The position numbers and the translations under genes were made by a program. The notes beneath the pieces were generated by a model that was given only the letters and a program-made list of their open reading frames with translations, ran no database searches and had not been told where the DNA came from. Shown here piece after piece: positions 48,561 to 61,140 of a stretch of 64,000 nt of DNA. The stretch is from Podarcis muralis (Eukaryota). Location of the stretch: positions 992,001 through 1,056,000 of the forward strand of contig NC_135670.1 of NCBI RefSeq assembly GCF_964188315.1, given 5' to 3'. Position 1 is the first letter of the stretch. Each line of letters starts with the position of its first letter.

Positions 48561-51500
48561 GTAAGGCATTATTTATTCCCCTTCTTACTGAGTCTAAAAT
48601 AGTCAGAACGCAATGATTGAAAATGCATCATTAAGCAGTACTGTGATTTATATTTTGATGTAATTCTTTATGGAAACCCAGTAACATTGTAATGGTGGGG
48701 TGAAGCATTCTTTAGTTTCATGGAAGAGGTATGAGGTACTTAAGCTCAGCATGGCTAGATGAGGGGCCAGGGTGGATATGGGTAGACAGAGAAGCAGAGA
48801 CAAGAAGCCCCCAATTTACACGAGGGTCACGTTCCGGGAATCACGCCGAAAGCCAACGTTGTGTATGGCCAAAACAAATTGGGTTCAATGGCAGATGGGA
48901 TTCCCAAAGTCTTTTCCCACAGACACCCAACCCCTTTGGATTCAATTCTTTTTCTTTTGTCAGGCATGTAAAGCTGAATACAGATTGTGGGCTTACTGTA
49001 TCTGTTTGTCTTATTACTGTAACTGTTTGTACTGCTACTAAGTTTTCCTTTGCAAGGCCCACTGAAATAAACAGTTCTGTGCTTCCTTTTATTATTTAGT
49101 AAACCTGCTACAGCATTTTCACATGGTGGATCATGCCTTGTCGCTGCCCCGCTATTTCTGTCCTGTCCACACCTCGTTACTTCCCAACCTTGAGGGATGT
49201 GAATGCATTTGCATGTGGACCTTCCGACTCTTTCTCAGTGGAACACAATTCCTGCTCTTTTCTCTCTCTCCTCACTCTTGCAGCGCATCACTTTCTCCCC
49301 TTGCTTTTCCCTCAGATTGCTCCACTTCTGCCCTCACAGTGCTCCATTTTCTGTTCAATTGCTCAGTTGAAGATCAGAGCCTGGAAAAGTATTCAGAGCA
49401 AAGAGCTTTGCTCTTCCCGTTCCATTATTTAGTTATATGTACTTATGGGAGGCAAACATCTCACAACATCTCACGTTGAAGTAAGCAGTCAGCAAGGGAA
49501 GGATCAGAGGTTCTGTGGCCTCAGGTGATGTTCTCTATGGCTTCCTTGCACCTATGGACACTATGTTGGCAAGGCCACACCTATTGACTTTCAACTACTA
49601 GTTTTTATTGGTACAAAGAGTAACTCTGTGAATTGCAGGGAGCATTTCTTCTTCCACTTCTTCCTCTTCTTCTTCTTCTTCCTCTTCTTCTTTTTCCTCA
49701 TTTCAGTCCATTGTGTTGTAATTGTATTACAGCTCTGTGCCAAAGAACTACCAGCACATCCTGGCCTTAGCATTTGCTGTCAAAGAAATCAATGAGAATC
49801 CCAAAGTCTTATCCAACATCTCTCTAGGGTTCCGCGTCCTCAATAGCTACTACACTGCAAGGATGACCTACAAGGCCATGCTCAACCTGCTCTCCACACA
49901 GCATAGATTTGTCCCCAACTTCAAGTGTCACAAGTGGAACAATCTGATAGCTCTCATTGGAGGATGCTTCTCTGAAATCTCTGCCAATATGGCCACCATT
50001 TCAGCAACCCACAAGATTCCACAGGTAAGTTGAGAGCATGGGTGCATGGGTCATACTATCTTGATTTTATGGGTCATACTATCTTGATTTTGATAACGTT
50101 GTGACAAGGTTTCTGCAAAGTTTTATTCAAAAGGGCAGTTTGGATTAGGATTAACCAAGCAGTGCTGAGAGCCAATTGTACAGAAAACTTGAGTATCTGT
50201 AAACTGAAGTGGAATGGTATGAATGTGTCTAGGACATAAACGATTTGAGTTTTTATGGTTTCTTTCCCCCCATTTTTTACTAGACCTAATACACAAATGA
50301 AAACACATAATGTAAGGAATGGCTGACAGAACTGTGTAACTTTAGTCCAGAGAGGAAGAGACTAATGAGGTTAATATAGTACTCTAAAATACCTTAATGG
50401 CTGTTACATAGAAGAAGGGAAATACTTGTTCTCTGCTGCTCTATAGGGCTGGACTACATATTTCTAAAACATTAGGAGAAACATTAAGAAATTATCAATA
50501 ATGAAGCAGATTCCTGGCTATTCTTCCACACTGTTTTCCCTTACTTGAAGTTTTCTTCTTTAAAACCTATGCAGACATTTACTGGGAAAGCTATGCCTCT
50601 GAAGTACCTGTGAAATCTAGAGTTCTGCATTCTCTCATAATCCATCAAAAACAAAACTAAACACCTCATGCATTTCATTTTAGCTCACATATGGATCTTT
50701 TTTGGCGATACAGGATGCAAACCTGCTATTCCCATTTTTATACCAGATGGTCCCAAATGAAGCCAAACAGCACATAGGAATCGTGCAATTACTTCAACAT
50801 TTCAAATGGACATGGATTGTAGTTTGTGCTGTGGATAATGACAAAGGAGACCAGTTTCTACAGACAATTTTACCACTACTCTTTGAGCATGGCATCTGCT
50901 ATGATTTCATAGTAAGATTAGAAAAATGGAACTATCTGGATGAGATGATACGCTTGGCTTACCAACACTGGGAAAGTTATGCAATTGCATTTGAGACAAA
51001 AGCTAATGTATTTGTGGTTTATGGGGAACCTCCATCCTTTCTGTTTTTGAGAGTCTTGTCATTTATAGTACCTGTAATGGGATGGCCACCTCTGGGTAAA
51101 GTGTGGCTTGCTACATCTCACTGGGATTTTGCATCACTGTCTATTCAGAAAGACTGGGAAATAAAAATGTTCCATGGTACTCTATCCTTCACAGTCCACA
51201 CAAGTCAGCCATTAGGGTTCCAGAAGTTCATTCAGACGATAAGACCCTTCTGGAACAAAGAGGATGTTTTCATCCAGGACGTCTGGGAACAGACTTTCAC
51301 CTGCTCCCTGAAAGCATCTAATGGACAGGAGGTGGAGGCTGAGCAGAAAGAACCCTGCCCTTTGGAGGAGAAACTGGAGAACCTTCCTGGGATTTTGTAT
51401 GAAAAACACATGACTGGTCACAGCTACAATGTCTACAAAGCTGTCTATGCTGTGGCACATGCTTTGAACTCCATATACAAATCCAGCTCCAAAAATAGCA

Positions 51501-54500
51501 GATTGGCAAGAGGAGAGAGATTTGCCTTTCTGAATGTGCAACCATGGCAGGTAATGACAACTCTGAACTTCTTTGCTTTGCCTTCAGCTGCCACTGACCT
51601 CCTGGCTTTTCACCTCACCAGTCCCAATGAGCTCCAGCCGTGTCTGGTGGCAAGAGCCACAGAACTTAGCCTGCCTGACCTGGTGCACATTTACTCAGAG
51701 TCAACATCACTGTCATGCTTTGTTGTTGTTTAGTCGTTTAGTCGTGTCCGACTCTTCGTGACCCCATGGACCAGAGCACGCCAGGCACCTCTGTCCTCCA
51801 CTACCTCCTGCAGTTTGGTCAAACTCATGCTGGTAACCTCGAAAACACTATCCAGCCATCTCGTCCTCTGTCGCCCCCTTCTCCTTGTGCCCTCCATCTT
51901 TCCCAGCATCAGTGTCTTCTCCAGGGAGTCTTCTCTTCTCATGAGGTGGCCAAAGTACTGGAGCCTCAGCTTCACGATCTGTCCTTCCAGTGAGCACTCA
52001 GGGCTGATTTCCTTAAGAATGGATGCGTTTGATCTTCTTGCAGTCCATGGGACTCTCAAGAGTCTTCTCCAGCACCATAATTCAAAAGCATCAATTCTTC
52101 GGCGATCAGCCTTCTTGATGGTCCAGCTCTCACTTCCATACATCACTACTGGGAAAACCATGGCTTTAACTATACGGACCTTTGTTGGCAAGGTGACGTC
52201 TCTACTTCTCAAGATGCTGTCTAGGCCTGTCATTGCCCTTCTCCCAAGAAGAAGGCGTCTTTTAATTTCGTGGCTGCTGTCACCATCTGCAGTGATCTGT
52301 CATGCTAGCTTGCCAAATATCTGCAATAGGATCCCAACTACTGATCTGGTTTGCTAGACATTTTCAATCAATGTAACCCCTCTATAGACCGTTCTTTGTG
52401 TAATTAATTTCATATTAATGATAATAAAAGACAAGTGGAAATACTTCATCACCATATATACTGCGTTAAGAACAGTTATTCATATCATTAATTCCATGTA
52501 AATATTTCAATATTCCAGGTCCATCCCTTTCTGAAGAGCCTTGTATTCAACATCAGCGCTGGAGATATGGTGCACTTTGATGAACATGGAGAACTGGTTG
52601 CAGGTTTTGATGTTACCAACTGGATCACTTTCCCCAATGGCTCACTGACTAGATTGAAAGTTGGACGACTAGAGCCTCAGGCTCCTCCAGGCAAAGAGTT
52701 AACCATCAATGATGAGCAAATTGTGTGGCATCCAAGTTTTAATCAGGTGAATTATAACTTCACACTCGACTTTATAAAAGGGGAACGTTCCCTTCTGAGG
52801 AGCTCACCATTCCGTCATTTCTTGAGGTGCCCTATTGTAGATCTTATGCTTTATTATCCTTGTCCTCATAAATCGATCTCAAACCTTAAATTAAAGCAAG
52901 GAGTCCTTTTGGCCATCTGCGCCATTTAATTTCTTTGTGGAAAAATGTTGTCACATAAGACAGTTACAAAGCGTTGGAAAATAAAATATTTTATTTTGCT
53001 GAAATGTCACAGAATATCATGTAGTGATTCTTGGAAGGGAAAAGGATGGATCTTGCTCTTATCTTCAAGATATCTTTATCTTATTTCTACAACTTCATAT
53101 TTTGGGGGGTCTGGAGATGGCATTGTCTTTCTGATGATCAGCTTTAAGGCTGAGTCTTAGACTGATCGAACCTAGAGATGGAGTTGGGAATCGTTAACAA
53201 ATGGGCAACAGAGGAGCTGAGCCAACTAGTTCATCCTCAGTCTCTCTGCCCCTCACATAAGTCTAATCACATGGAGGTGAAGGACTGAAAAGGGCTAATC
53301 TTTTTTTTAAACATTTTTTTTATTTTCAATGCAAAATCATAACAAAAATTAAAGACATTGAGTCCAAAATAATACTATACAAACAAAAAAGAACAAAGCA
53401 TACAAAACAGAGAAAGAAAAAAGCAAAAGAAACAAAACAAAACAAAAACGAAAAAGCACACATCTACAGAAAAAACCATATCTCATTACATACATATACA
53501 CATATTGACTTCCTTCCTTTGTTCTAAGACCTCAGAATTTACTCTTACTGTATTGTTGTGTCTAATGTAGATTACTTCCATCTTTGTACTTTTTTTTTTA
53601 CACCATTTTTCTTTTTCTTTAACCCTGTAAAGCATCATTCATTACATACCGATATGCTTACTCCAGAGCAATGTATTTTCATATACTCTTTAGCACATCC
53701 CCATTCTTTTAATAATTTCTGGTCCGATTGTCCCCTTATGAATGCTGTGAGTTTTGCCAGATTCATATATTCACAAAATTTAATTTGCCATTCTTTCATT
53801 GATGGAATTTTTCTCCCTTTCCATTTTTTTGCTATAAGCATCCTGGCAGCTGTTGTTGCATAAAGGAATACTTTCCTTTGATTGTCGGGAATATTGTTTG
53901 TAATTAAACCTAGAAGGAATGCCTCCGGTTTTTTATTGAAAGATATTTTAAACATCTTTTTGAGTTCTTCATAAATTTCATTCCAGAATTGTTTAATAGG
54001 TCGGCATTCCCACCACAAGTGAAACATTGTTCCTATTTCTTTTTTGCATCTCCAGCAGGTGTTTGATTTTAATTCGTAAATTTTAGCCAATTTTACCGGA
54101 GTTAGGTACAGTGGTACCTCGCAAGACGAATGCCTCGCAAGACAAAAAACTCGCTAGACGAAAGGGTTTTTTGTTTTTTGAGCTGCTTCGCAAGACGATT
54201 TTCCCTATGGGCTTGCTTCGCAAGACGGAAACGTCTTGCAAGTTTGTTTCCTTTTTCTTAACACCGTTAATACAGTTGCGACTTGACTTCGAGGAGCAAC
54301 TCATAGAACACGGTGTGGTAGGCTTTTTTGAGGTTTTTGAAGACTTTGGTGATTTTTGAAGCTTTTCCAAAACTTTCCCGACACCGTGCTACGCAAGACG
54401 AAAAAAATCGCAAGACGACAAAACTCGCGGAACGAATTAATTTCGTCTTGCGAGGCACCACTGTACCATTGATATACCATTTTCATGAAATTTTCTCTGA

Positions 54501-57143
54501 TTGTGTAACATGCCGTGAATTTAATATCATATTTCCATAATTTCTCCCATTGGTCCAGCCGAATTACATATCCTATATCACATGCCCATTTAGTCATAAC
54601 TTCTTTTACTTCTTTTACTTCATCCTTTAATTCCCATTCTAATAATAAATTATACATTTTGGATATATTCTTTTTTGAGTTTTGTAATAATACTTTTTTG
54701 TAATTTTGATTCTTCCTTTTCAAATCCTATTGCTTTATCCTGATTAAATATTTGGGCAATTTGGTGATATTGTAACCATGTGGTACAGTATTGGGTCACC
54801 TCTTCATATAGTCTTAAATTGGCCCTGTTCCTCCTTTAGGAGCTGCTGGTATGTTGCCATTCTTCCTATCATATTTTTCTTTTTAACCGATATTACTTCT
54901 AACGGTGAGACCCACCATGGGGTTTTCGGTTCTAACAACCTTCTATGTCTCACCCAGACCTTGTATAATGCATTTCTAATAACATGACATAAAAATTCTT
55001 TATGTACGGCCACTTTGTTGTAAATGAGATAGGCATGCCAGCCGTATCTGTTGTTCCATCCCTCCAAGTCTAGAATGTCACTATTATCTAACTTAATCCA
55101 ATCTCTGATCCAACTAAAGCATGCCGCATCGTAATATAGTCTCAGGTCTGGGAGTCCAAAGCCTCCCCGCTCTTTTATGTCGGTTAATAATTTGTGTTTG
55201 ATCCGCGGCTTTTTGCCTTGCCATATAAACTTTGTTAGGTCCATTTTCCATTTTTTAAAACAATCATCTTTACCTATTATGGGAATCATTTGAAAAAGGA
55301 ACAGGAGTTTTGGTAAGATATTCATTTTAATAGCCAAAATTCTACCCCAGAGTGTTAAATTCAATCTTGTCCAAATTTCCATTTCTCTTTTTGTTTCTTG
55401 CCAATTTTTTTTTATAATTATCTTCAAACAAATTTATATTTTTCATTGTTATTTGGATTCCTAAATATTACACGTTTTTTTTTACAATTTGTAATCCAAA
55501 TTTTTCTACCAGTTCCTTTTTCTCTCAATCTCCCATGTTTTTTTTACCATTAGTTTCATTTCTTCTTTATTCAAAGCGAAACCTGAAACCCTTCCAAAGT
55601 TTTCCATTTTTCTAGAGCCTTTGCTATGCTTTCCTTCGGATTTTCCACCATTAAGACTAAATCATCTGCAAATGCCCTTATTTTGTATATTTTCTCCCCT
55701 AGGGATATTCAATTTATTTCTTGATCCAATCTGATTTCTTGATTTAGTATTTCCAAAACCAAAATGAATAATAATGGTGAGAGTGGGCACCCTTGTCTGG
55801 TGCCCTTCTGTATTTTAAGATAATCATGATTATTTTAAAAGGGCTAATCTATTGTTCCTCATGTATATGATTTTGCACAGGCGCTGCCCCTTTCTGTGTG
55901 CAATGACAACTGCAACCCTGGCTTCAGTAGAAAAAAGAAGGAAGGAGAGAAGTTTTGCTGCTATGATTGTGCTCCGTGTCCAGAAGGAATGATCTCTAGT
56001 CAGAAAGGTGGGAGGCAGGAATTCCCATGACCTAATTTTTGGGATATATATATATATATATATATGCTTTCGTAGATTTTCACGGGTATAGGAATGCAGG
56101 TTTTGGTGTCCTCGGGTGTCTTCCCGTGTAAAAGTTGGGGTGTCTAGGCGACGTTTCGACGAGGTCTCACTCGTCATCTTCAGGCTGGTGCTTTCGGCTT
56201 CTTGTTACTGGAACAGAGCAGGATCTCAGTGTTTGAGTTCCTATAAATACTGTCGAGGAGGTGTGGTCAGAGAGGCAGTTCCCAGGCTAGTGTGCCTTTT
56301 CTTCTTTTGTTCCTTAATTGCTTGAGGGATATCTTGAGTGATTTCTTGAGTGATATCCTGAGTACCACTTAGGTGGGTCATTAGGTATGGATTAGTTGCT
56401 AAAGCCTTTGTGTCTTGACCTCTTGAACTTTGTGAAGAGTTTTTCTGAGAAGATGGCTGTACTGCATTTAGTTGTGCTCTGGCTTGGCTTCGTGTATAGG
56501 GGCGAGCTGTGGTTGCCAGACATCTGGAAATTAGCCCTCCCCACAAAAACTGACACCAGATCCAGAGGCACACAGAACGCCATCACCAATCAACCACACC
56601 AGACCCAAACCCAGACCCTCTCCACAGATAAATTACAGACACCATCCAGTAGCCAAACCATGGTGGCACCTCCGGATGCTGCACCCCCCTGCAATCCCTA
56701 CACAGATCTGGCTGGCACAGGCCACAAAACCACAGCTCGCCCCTATACACGAAGCCAAGCCAGAGCACAACTAAATGCAGTACAGCCATCTTCTCAGAAA
56801 AACTCTTCACAAAGTTCAAGAGGTCAAGACACAAAGGCTTTAGCAACTAATCCATACCTAATGACCCACCTAAGTGGTACTCAGGATATCACTCAAGAAA
56901 TCACTCAAGATATCCCTCAAGCAATTAAGGAACAAAAGAAGAAAAGGCACACTAGCCTGGGAACTGCCTCTCTGACCACACCTCCTCGACAGTATTTATA
57001 GGAACTCAAACACTGAGATCCTGCTCTGTTCCAGTAACAAGAAGCCGAAAGCACCAGCCTGAAGATGACGAGTGAGACCTCGTCGAAACGTCGCCTAGAT
57101 ACCCCAACTTTTACACGGGAAGACACCCGAGGACACCAAAACC

Positions 57144-57196
<53 letters not shown>

Positions 57197-59436
57197 GCTA
57201 TTTATTGCCTTTGTTTTGAGAATGCGGGTGAATGCAGAGGAGTCTAAAACTGAAGGGCTTTTAAGAAACAATTTTCTTGTTGTTGAGTTCTCATTATTTA
57301 AAAAAATATTCTTGGGTCAAAGTTATTGGGCTTTTATAGGATTTTTAAAACAACAACAACCCCCCTACTTGCCGTACGTTCAGGTTTCTCCAGGCATTTT
57401 GCCTATTCAGCAACAATCTGCCTGGACGCCATTTGGCAGCCCAATTCCCAGATGTGTCAGGGAAAACCCAGACGTATGGCAGCCCTACAATAGACTGAAC
57501 ACAATTTTGCCGCCTACATAACTCATGGGACATTGTGAGGATAAAGTGGAGGGAACAAAGTATGCCACTTGTAGTTCCTTGGATATAAATGTAATAACTC
57601 AATGTAGATGGATGGATGGATGGATGGATGGATGGATGAATAATTAGACACCTGTTTGAGATGGAAAAATGAGCAAGGTGCCCATCGGTTGCCAACAATT
57701 TCCCAAGCAACGAGGAGGTCCTCTCCTGGTTCCAGCCAACTCTAAAGCCAGGGTGAGAAACCTTTTGCACCTCAGGGCCTCATCCTGTTCTGTGCAACCT
57801 TCTAGGAATAGTTGGTGGGTCCTGAGGCAAAAGTGGAGGGAGCAACTAAGATGAGTTTTAACTTGTACCGTGGGCTACTTTCTATACTGTATTTGTGCTT
57901 GGTTCTCCAGTTGTACAGCTAGGGAGAGGAAGGTGCTCCAGAAGGTCATAACCACAGCCCAAAGGATTATTGGTCACCCTCTCCCATCTTTGGAAGAACT
58001 GTACGGTTCCCGTTGTCTTAGGAAAGCAAACAACATCCTGCAGGATTCATCTCACCCGGGACACAGTCTGTTTGCACTACTGCCTTCTGGCAGGAGATAT
58101 AGAAACATCAAGTCAAGGACAAATAGACTGAAAAACAGTTTCTATCCAAGAGCTGTGGCCTTTTTGAATGCTGTAACTCGATAGTGTGACCTGGGAGTTT
58201 GATGGGTGTTGGTGTGGGTGTGGCTGGAATGTGGTTTGTTTGGTTGTTGTTGTTGTTTTGCTTTTGTTGTTTTTAAGGGATGGCATCCAATTTCGTTGCA
58301 CTTGTGCAATGTTGCACTTGTGTAATGACAATAAAGAATCTATTCTATTCTATTCTATTCTATACAATCTTTCTATGAGATTCACTTCTCCTGGATTTTG
58401 ACATCCTCAAACCTTCTTGTGGCTGATTGCTTTTGATTGGCATTACCCAGTGTAAAGGAATGCTTAAATAGCTGTTTGTGTTTAGATAGATGCTCGTCAA
58501 CATTCTGAAATACTTAAGCACTTTCCTTTTTCAGACATAGATGCTTGCGTCATCTGTCCAGAAGACCAATATCCCAACATGGATCAAACTCATTGTGTTC
58601 CCAGGATTGTGAGCTTCCTCTCTTACAAAGAAAATCTGGGGATCATCTTAGTGGTGTTGGCTCTTTCTCTCTCTCTCATCACAACTTTAGTACTTGGCAT
58701 TTTCCTGAAGCACAAGGATACTCCCATAGTCAAAGCCAACAACCGCACCCTCACCTACATCCTTCTCATCTCCCTCCTCCTTTGCTTCCTGTGCTCCTTG
58801 CTTTTCATTGGACGGCCTAGAAGGGTGATCTGTCTTCTCCGACAAATGGCTTTTGGCCTTGTTTTCTCTCTGGCCATTTCTACTGTGTTGGCAAAGACGG
58901 TCACTGTGGTTGTGGCATTTATGGCCACCAAACCAGGATCCAGCATAAGGAAATGGGTGGGGAAAGGACTGACCAATTCGATTGTCTTCTTCTGCTGCTT
59001 CATCCAAGCTGCCATTTGTGCTCTTTGGTTAAGTACTTCTCCACCGTTTCCAGATAAGGACACACATTCAGTGATTGGGGAAATCATACTTGAATGTAAC
59101 GAGGGTTCAGCTTCCATGTTTTACTCTGTCTTGGGCTACATGGGCTCCTTGGCCACCGCCAGCTTCATAGTAGCTTTCTTTTCCAGGAAACTCCCTGACA
59201 GTTTCAATGAGGCCAAATTTATCACTTTCAGCATGTTGGTGTTTTGCAGTGTTTGGTTGTCCTTTGTGCCAACCTACTTGAGCACCAAAGGGAAATACAT
59301 GGTGGCTGTGGAGATCTTCTCCATCTTGGCCTCCAGTGCTGGATTACTGGGTTGCATCTTTACCCCCAAATGCTATGTTATTGTGCTGAGGCCCGAGCTG
59401 AACAGCAGGGAGCAAATGATAAGGAAGAAAGAATAA
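48304..59436 (+). CDS. V2R gene E, complete and apparently intact (890 aa); same subfamily as A and F
   Basis: Exons 257+292+867+228+127+902 = 2673 bp, in frame, all GT-AG. Confidence 0.94.
49733..50024 (+). CDS. V2R E exon 2
   Basis: 292 bp; [12 protein letters not shown]...KIPQ. Confidence 0.93.
50684..51550 (+). CDS. V2R E exon 3
   Basis: 867 bp; LTYGSFL...VQPWQ|GTAAT. Confidence 0.94.
51720..52296 (-). mobile_element. BovB (RTE) LINE, 5'-truncated
   Basis: Open 167-aa ORF ([22 protein letters not shown]...); (CAA)n tail; 10-bp TSD CTGTCATGCT. Confidence 0.93.
52519..52746 (+). CDS. V2R E exon 4
   Basis: 228 bp; [15 protein letters not shown]...WHPSFNQ. Confidence 0.93.
53300..55830 (-). 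mobile_element. 5'-truncated L1-clade LINE with internal deletions
   Basis: [47 protein letters not shown]; boundaries approximate. Confidence 0.85.
54109..54463. mobile_element. Tigger/mariner-type MITE inserted in L1
   Basis: TA TSD and TIRs; near-identical to the 11415 and 32385 copies. Confidence 0.92.
55881..56007 (+). CDS. V2R E exon 5
   Basis: 127 bp, hand-translated [14 protein letters not shown]...[11 protein letters not shown]. Confidence 0.93.
56144..56188 (-). ncRNA. Minimal type I hammerhead ribozyme motif (antisense copy)
   Basis: Reverse complement reads CTGAAGA-T-GACGAG-TGAGAC-CTCGTC-GAAA-CGTC. Confidence 0.7.
57054..57098 (+). ncRNA. Minimal type I hammerhead ribozyme motif (sense to gene E)
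   Basis: CUGAAGA core, 6-bp stem II, GAAA, palindromic ACGU helix III, C at the cleavage site; stem I weak. Confidence 0.7.
57860..58365 (+). mobile_element. Rex1/Babar-clade LINE 3' end
   Basis: [20 protein letters not shown]...[11 protein letters not shown] motif; AATAAA and (CTATT)n tail. Confidence 0.85.
58535..59436 (+). CDS. V2R E exon 6 (7TM)
   Basis: 902 bp; [15 protein letters not shown]...[11 protein letters not shown]...RKKE. Confidence 0.95.
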
Positions 59437-59713
59437 ATTTAAAAAACTGATTAATCTCTTTATTTGACTCTTACACATATTTCATCGGATATGACGGTAA
59501 TAGAAATGCCATTGGAATTGCCATATGAATGTTTGATGCATTCCCTCCCCAAATTCAGTTGACCCCATCTCATGTTGGCCTTGTACTCACATAAAGAATG
59601 AGGCATGACTTCTTTTTGAAGATTTATTTCCACAAACCATTTTATTATATAAGACCAAAACATTTGTTATGTGAACTAATTCTCAACAGTTCCTGATCCT
59701 ATAGGAGCATCAT

Positions 59714-60061
59714 AGAAAAAGGTAAAGGGACCCCTGATCATTAGGTCCAGTCGTGACCGACTCTGGGGTTGCGGTGCTCATCTCGCTTTACTGGCCAAGG
59801 GAGCCGGCGTACAGCTTCTGGGTCATGTGGCCAGCATGACTAAGCCACTCTTGGTGAACCAGAACAGCGCACGGAAACGCTGTTTACCTTTCTGTTGGAG
59901 TGGTTCCTTTTAATCTACTTGCACTTTGATGTACTTTTGAACTGCTAGGTTGGCAGGAGCTGGGACCGAGCAATTGGACCTCACCCCATCGCGGAGATTT
60001 GAACCACCGAGCTTCTGATCAGCAAGACCTAGGCTCTGTGGTTTGCACCACAGCACCACCC
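59714..60061 (-). mobile_element. Sauria SINE, full length
   Basis: AAAGGT tail, body and head; empty site at ~43630 in the paralog. Confidence 0.88.
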
Positions 60062-60619
60062 TATGCCTCAAATTTTGAGCAAGTTGAGGGGCAAAAACAA
60101 AATTAACTAGATTGACTGTGCCACACAAATTATGATCATCTCTTCCCAGCTCAGAGGCTTTGAAACACTGAGTGGTTGAATGGGTCAGATTATGGAAAAT
60201 ATTCAAAGAGGTGCTTTTGCTTTTTGCTTTTTTATTTAAAAAAATAGGGTATGGATTCTGTCTGTTTTAACTGCCCTCTCCCCATCTTCAGTTACTGTAG
60301 GTAAATGTATTTATGTTCTCATACTGGGAAATTAGGCCGTCTTCTTGTTCACTAAAATGAATGCAAGTTAACGGAGATGTAAGGCAGTCCAGATTATCAC
60401 AAGGTTTCAACTGAATAAACCAACCTCTTTCTAGGGATTTGTTTTTGACTGACAAAGCTGAGGCGACATGTCTGCCCACTACAATGAAATATCACTCAGC
60501 TCCGGAGCTGGATCACACTTAGAGGCTGAATTTGTCTCTCCAACTCTTACATCACAGAATGCACGCAAAATTTCTGCCTTCAGTAAACAGATGTCAAATG
60601 AAATAAAGACATGTAATGA

Positions 60620-61140
60620 TGGTGCCAGACGAGCTTCTCTGGGAAGAGTATTTCACAGAAGGGGAGCCACCACAGCAAAGGCCCATCCTTGTCTTCTTAT
60701 CCTCTGAACCTCTTGGGGACATGAGATGTAGAGAAGGGCCTCAGATCACAAGTGCCACCTTGAGGTATTGGGGTCCTAATGCATTTAAGGCTTTGTAGGT
60801 AAAATCCAGCACGTTGAATTGGGCCTGGAAACTAATTGGCAGGCAATGCAGTCAGGCCAGGAATGGTGTAATATGCTCAAACCGTCTTGTTCTGGTGAGC
60901 AACCTGGTCATTGAGTTTTGTATCAGCTGAAGTTTCTGAACTGCTTTTAGAGGCAGCCCCACGTATAACACATTGCAGTTATCCAACTTGGAGGTTACGA
61001 GAGCGCAGGTGACAGAAGTCAGAGAGGGGCATAGCTGAGCTACCAGCAGAAGATGACAGAGTGCATTCTGCACCACCAAGGACCCCTGGGCCTCAGGTAA
61101 TGGATCCGGGAGCACCCCTAAGTTACGTACCTCTTCCTTA
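60620..61140 (-). mobile_element. Old L2 fragment
   Basis: ALVTSKLDNCNVLYVGLPLKAVQKLQLIQN. Confidence 0.78.

Larger units (their letters stand above)
43447..49490. repeat. Tandem duplication unit 1 (part visible in both copies), paralogous to 59548-64000
   Basis: Shared start (CCAAATT.AGTTGACCCCATCTCATGTTGGCC); the window end matches 49490. Confidence 0.9.
56066..57147 (+). mobile_element. 5'-truncated Penelope-like element with inverted pseudo-LTRs
   Basis: Arms 56094-56514 and 56728-57147 are inverted; the spacer encodes PDIWKLAL (end of a PLE ORF); hammerhead motifs; (TA)n on both flanks. Confidence 0.85.

Noticed and set aside
56241-57001. 110-aa and 201-aa ORFs sharing an identical C-terminus on opposite strands
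   Set aside because: Produced by the Penelope inverted repeat; not host genes.
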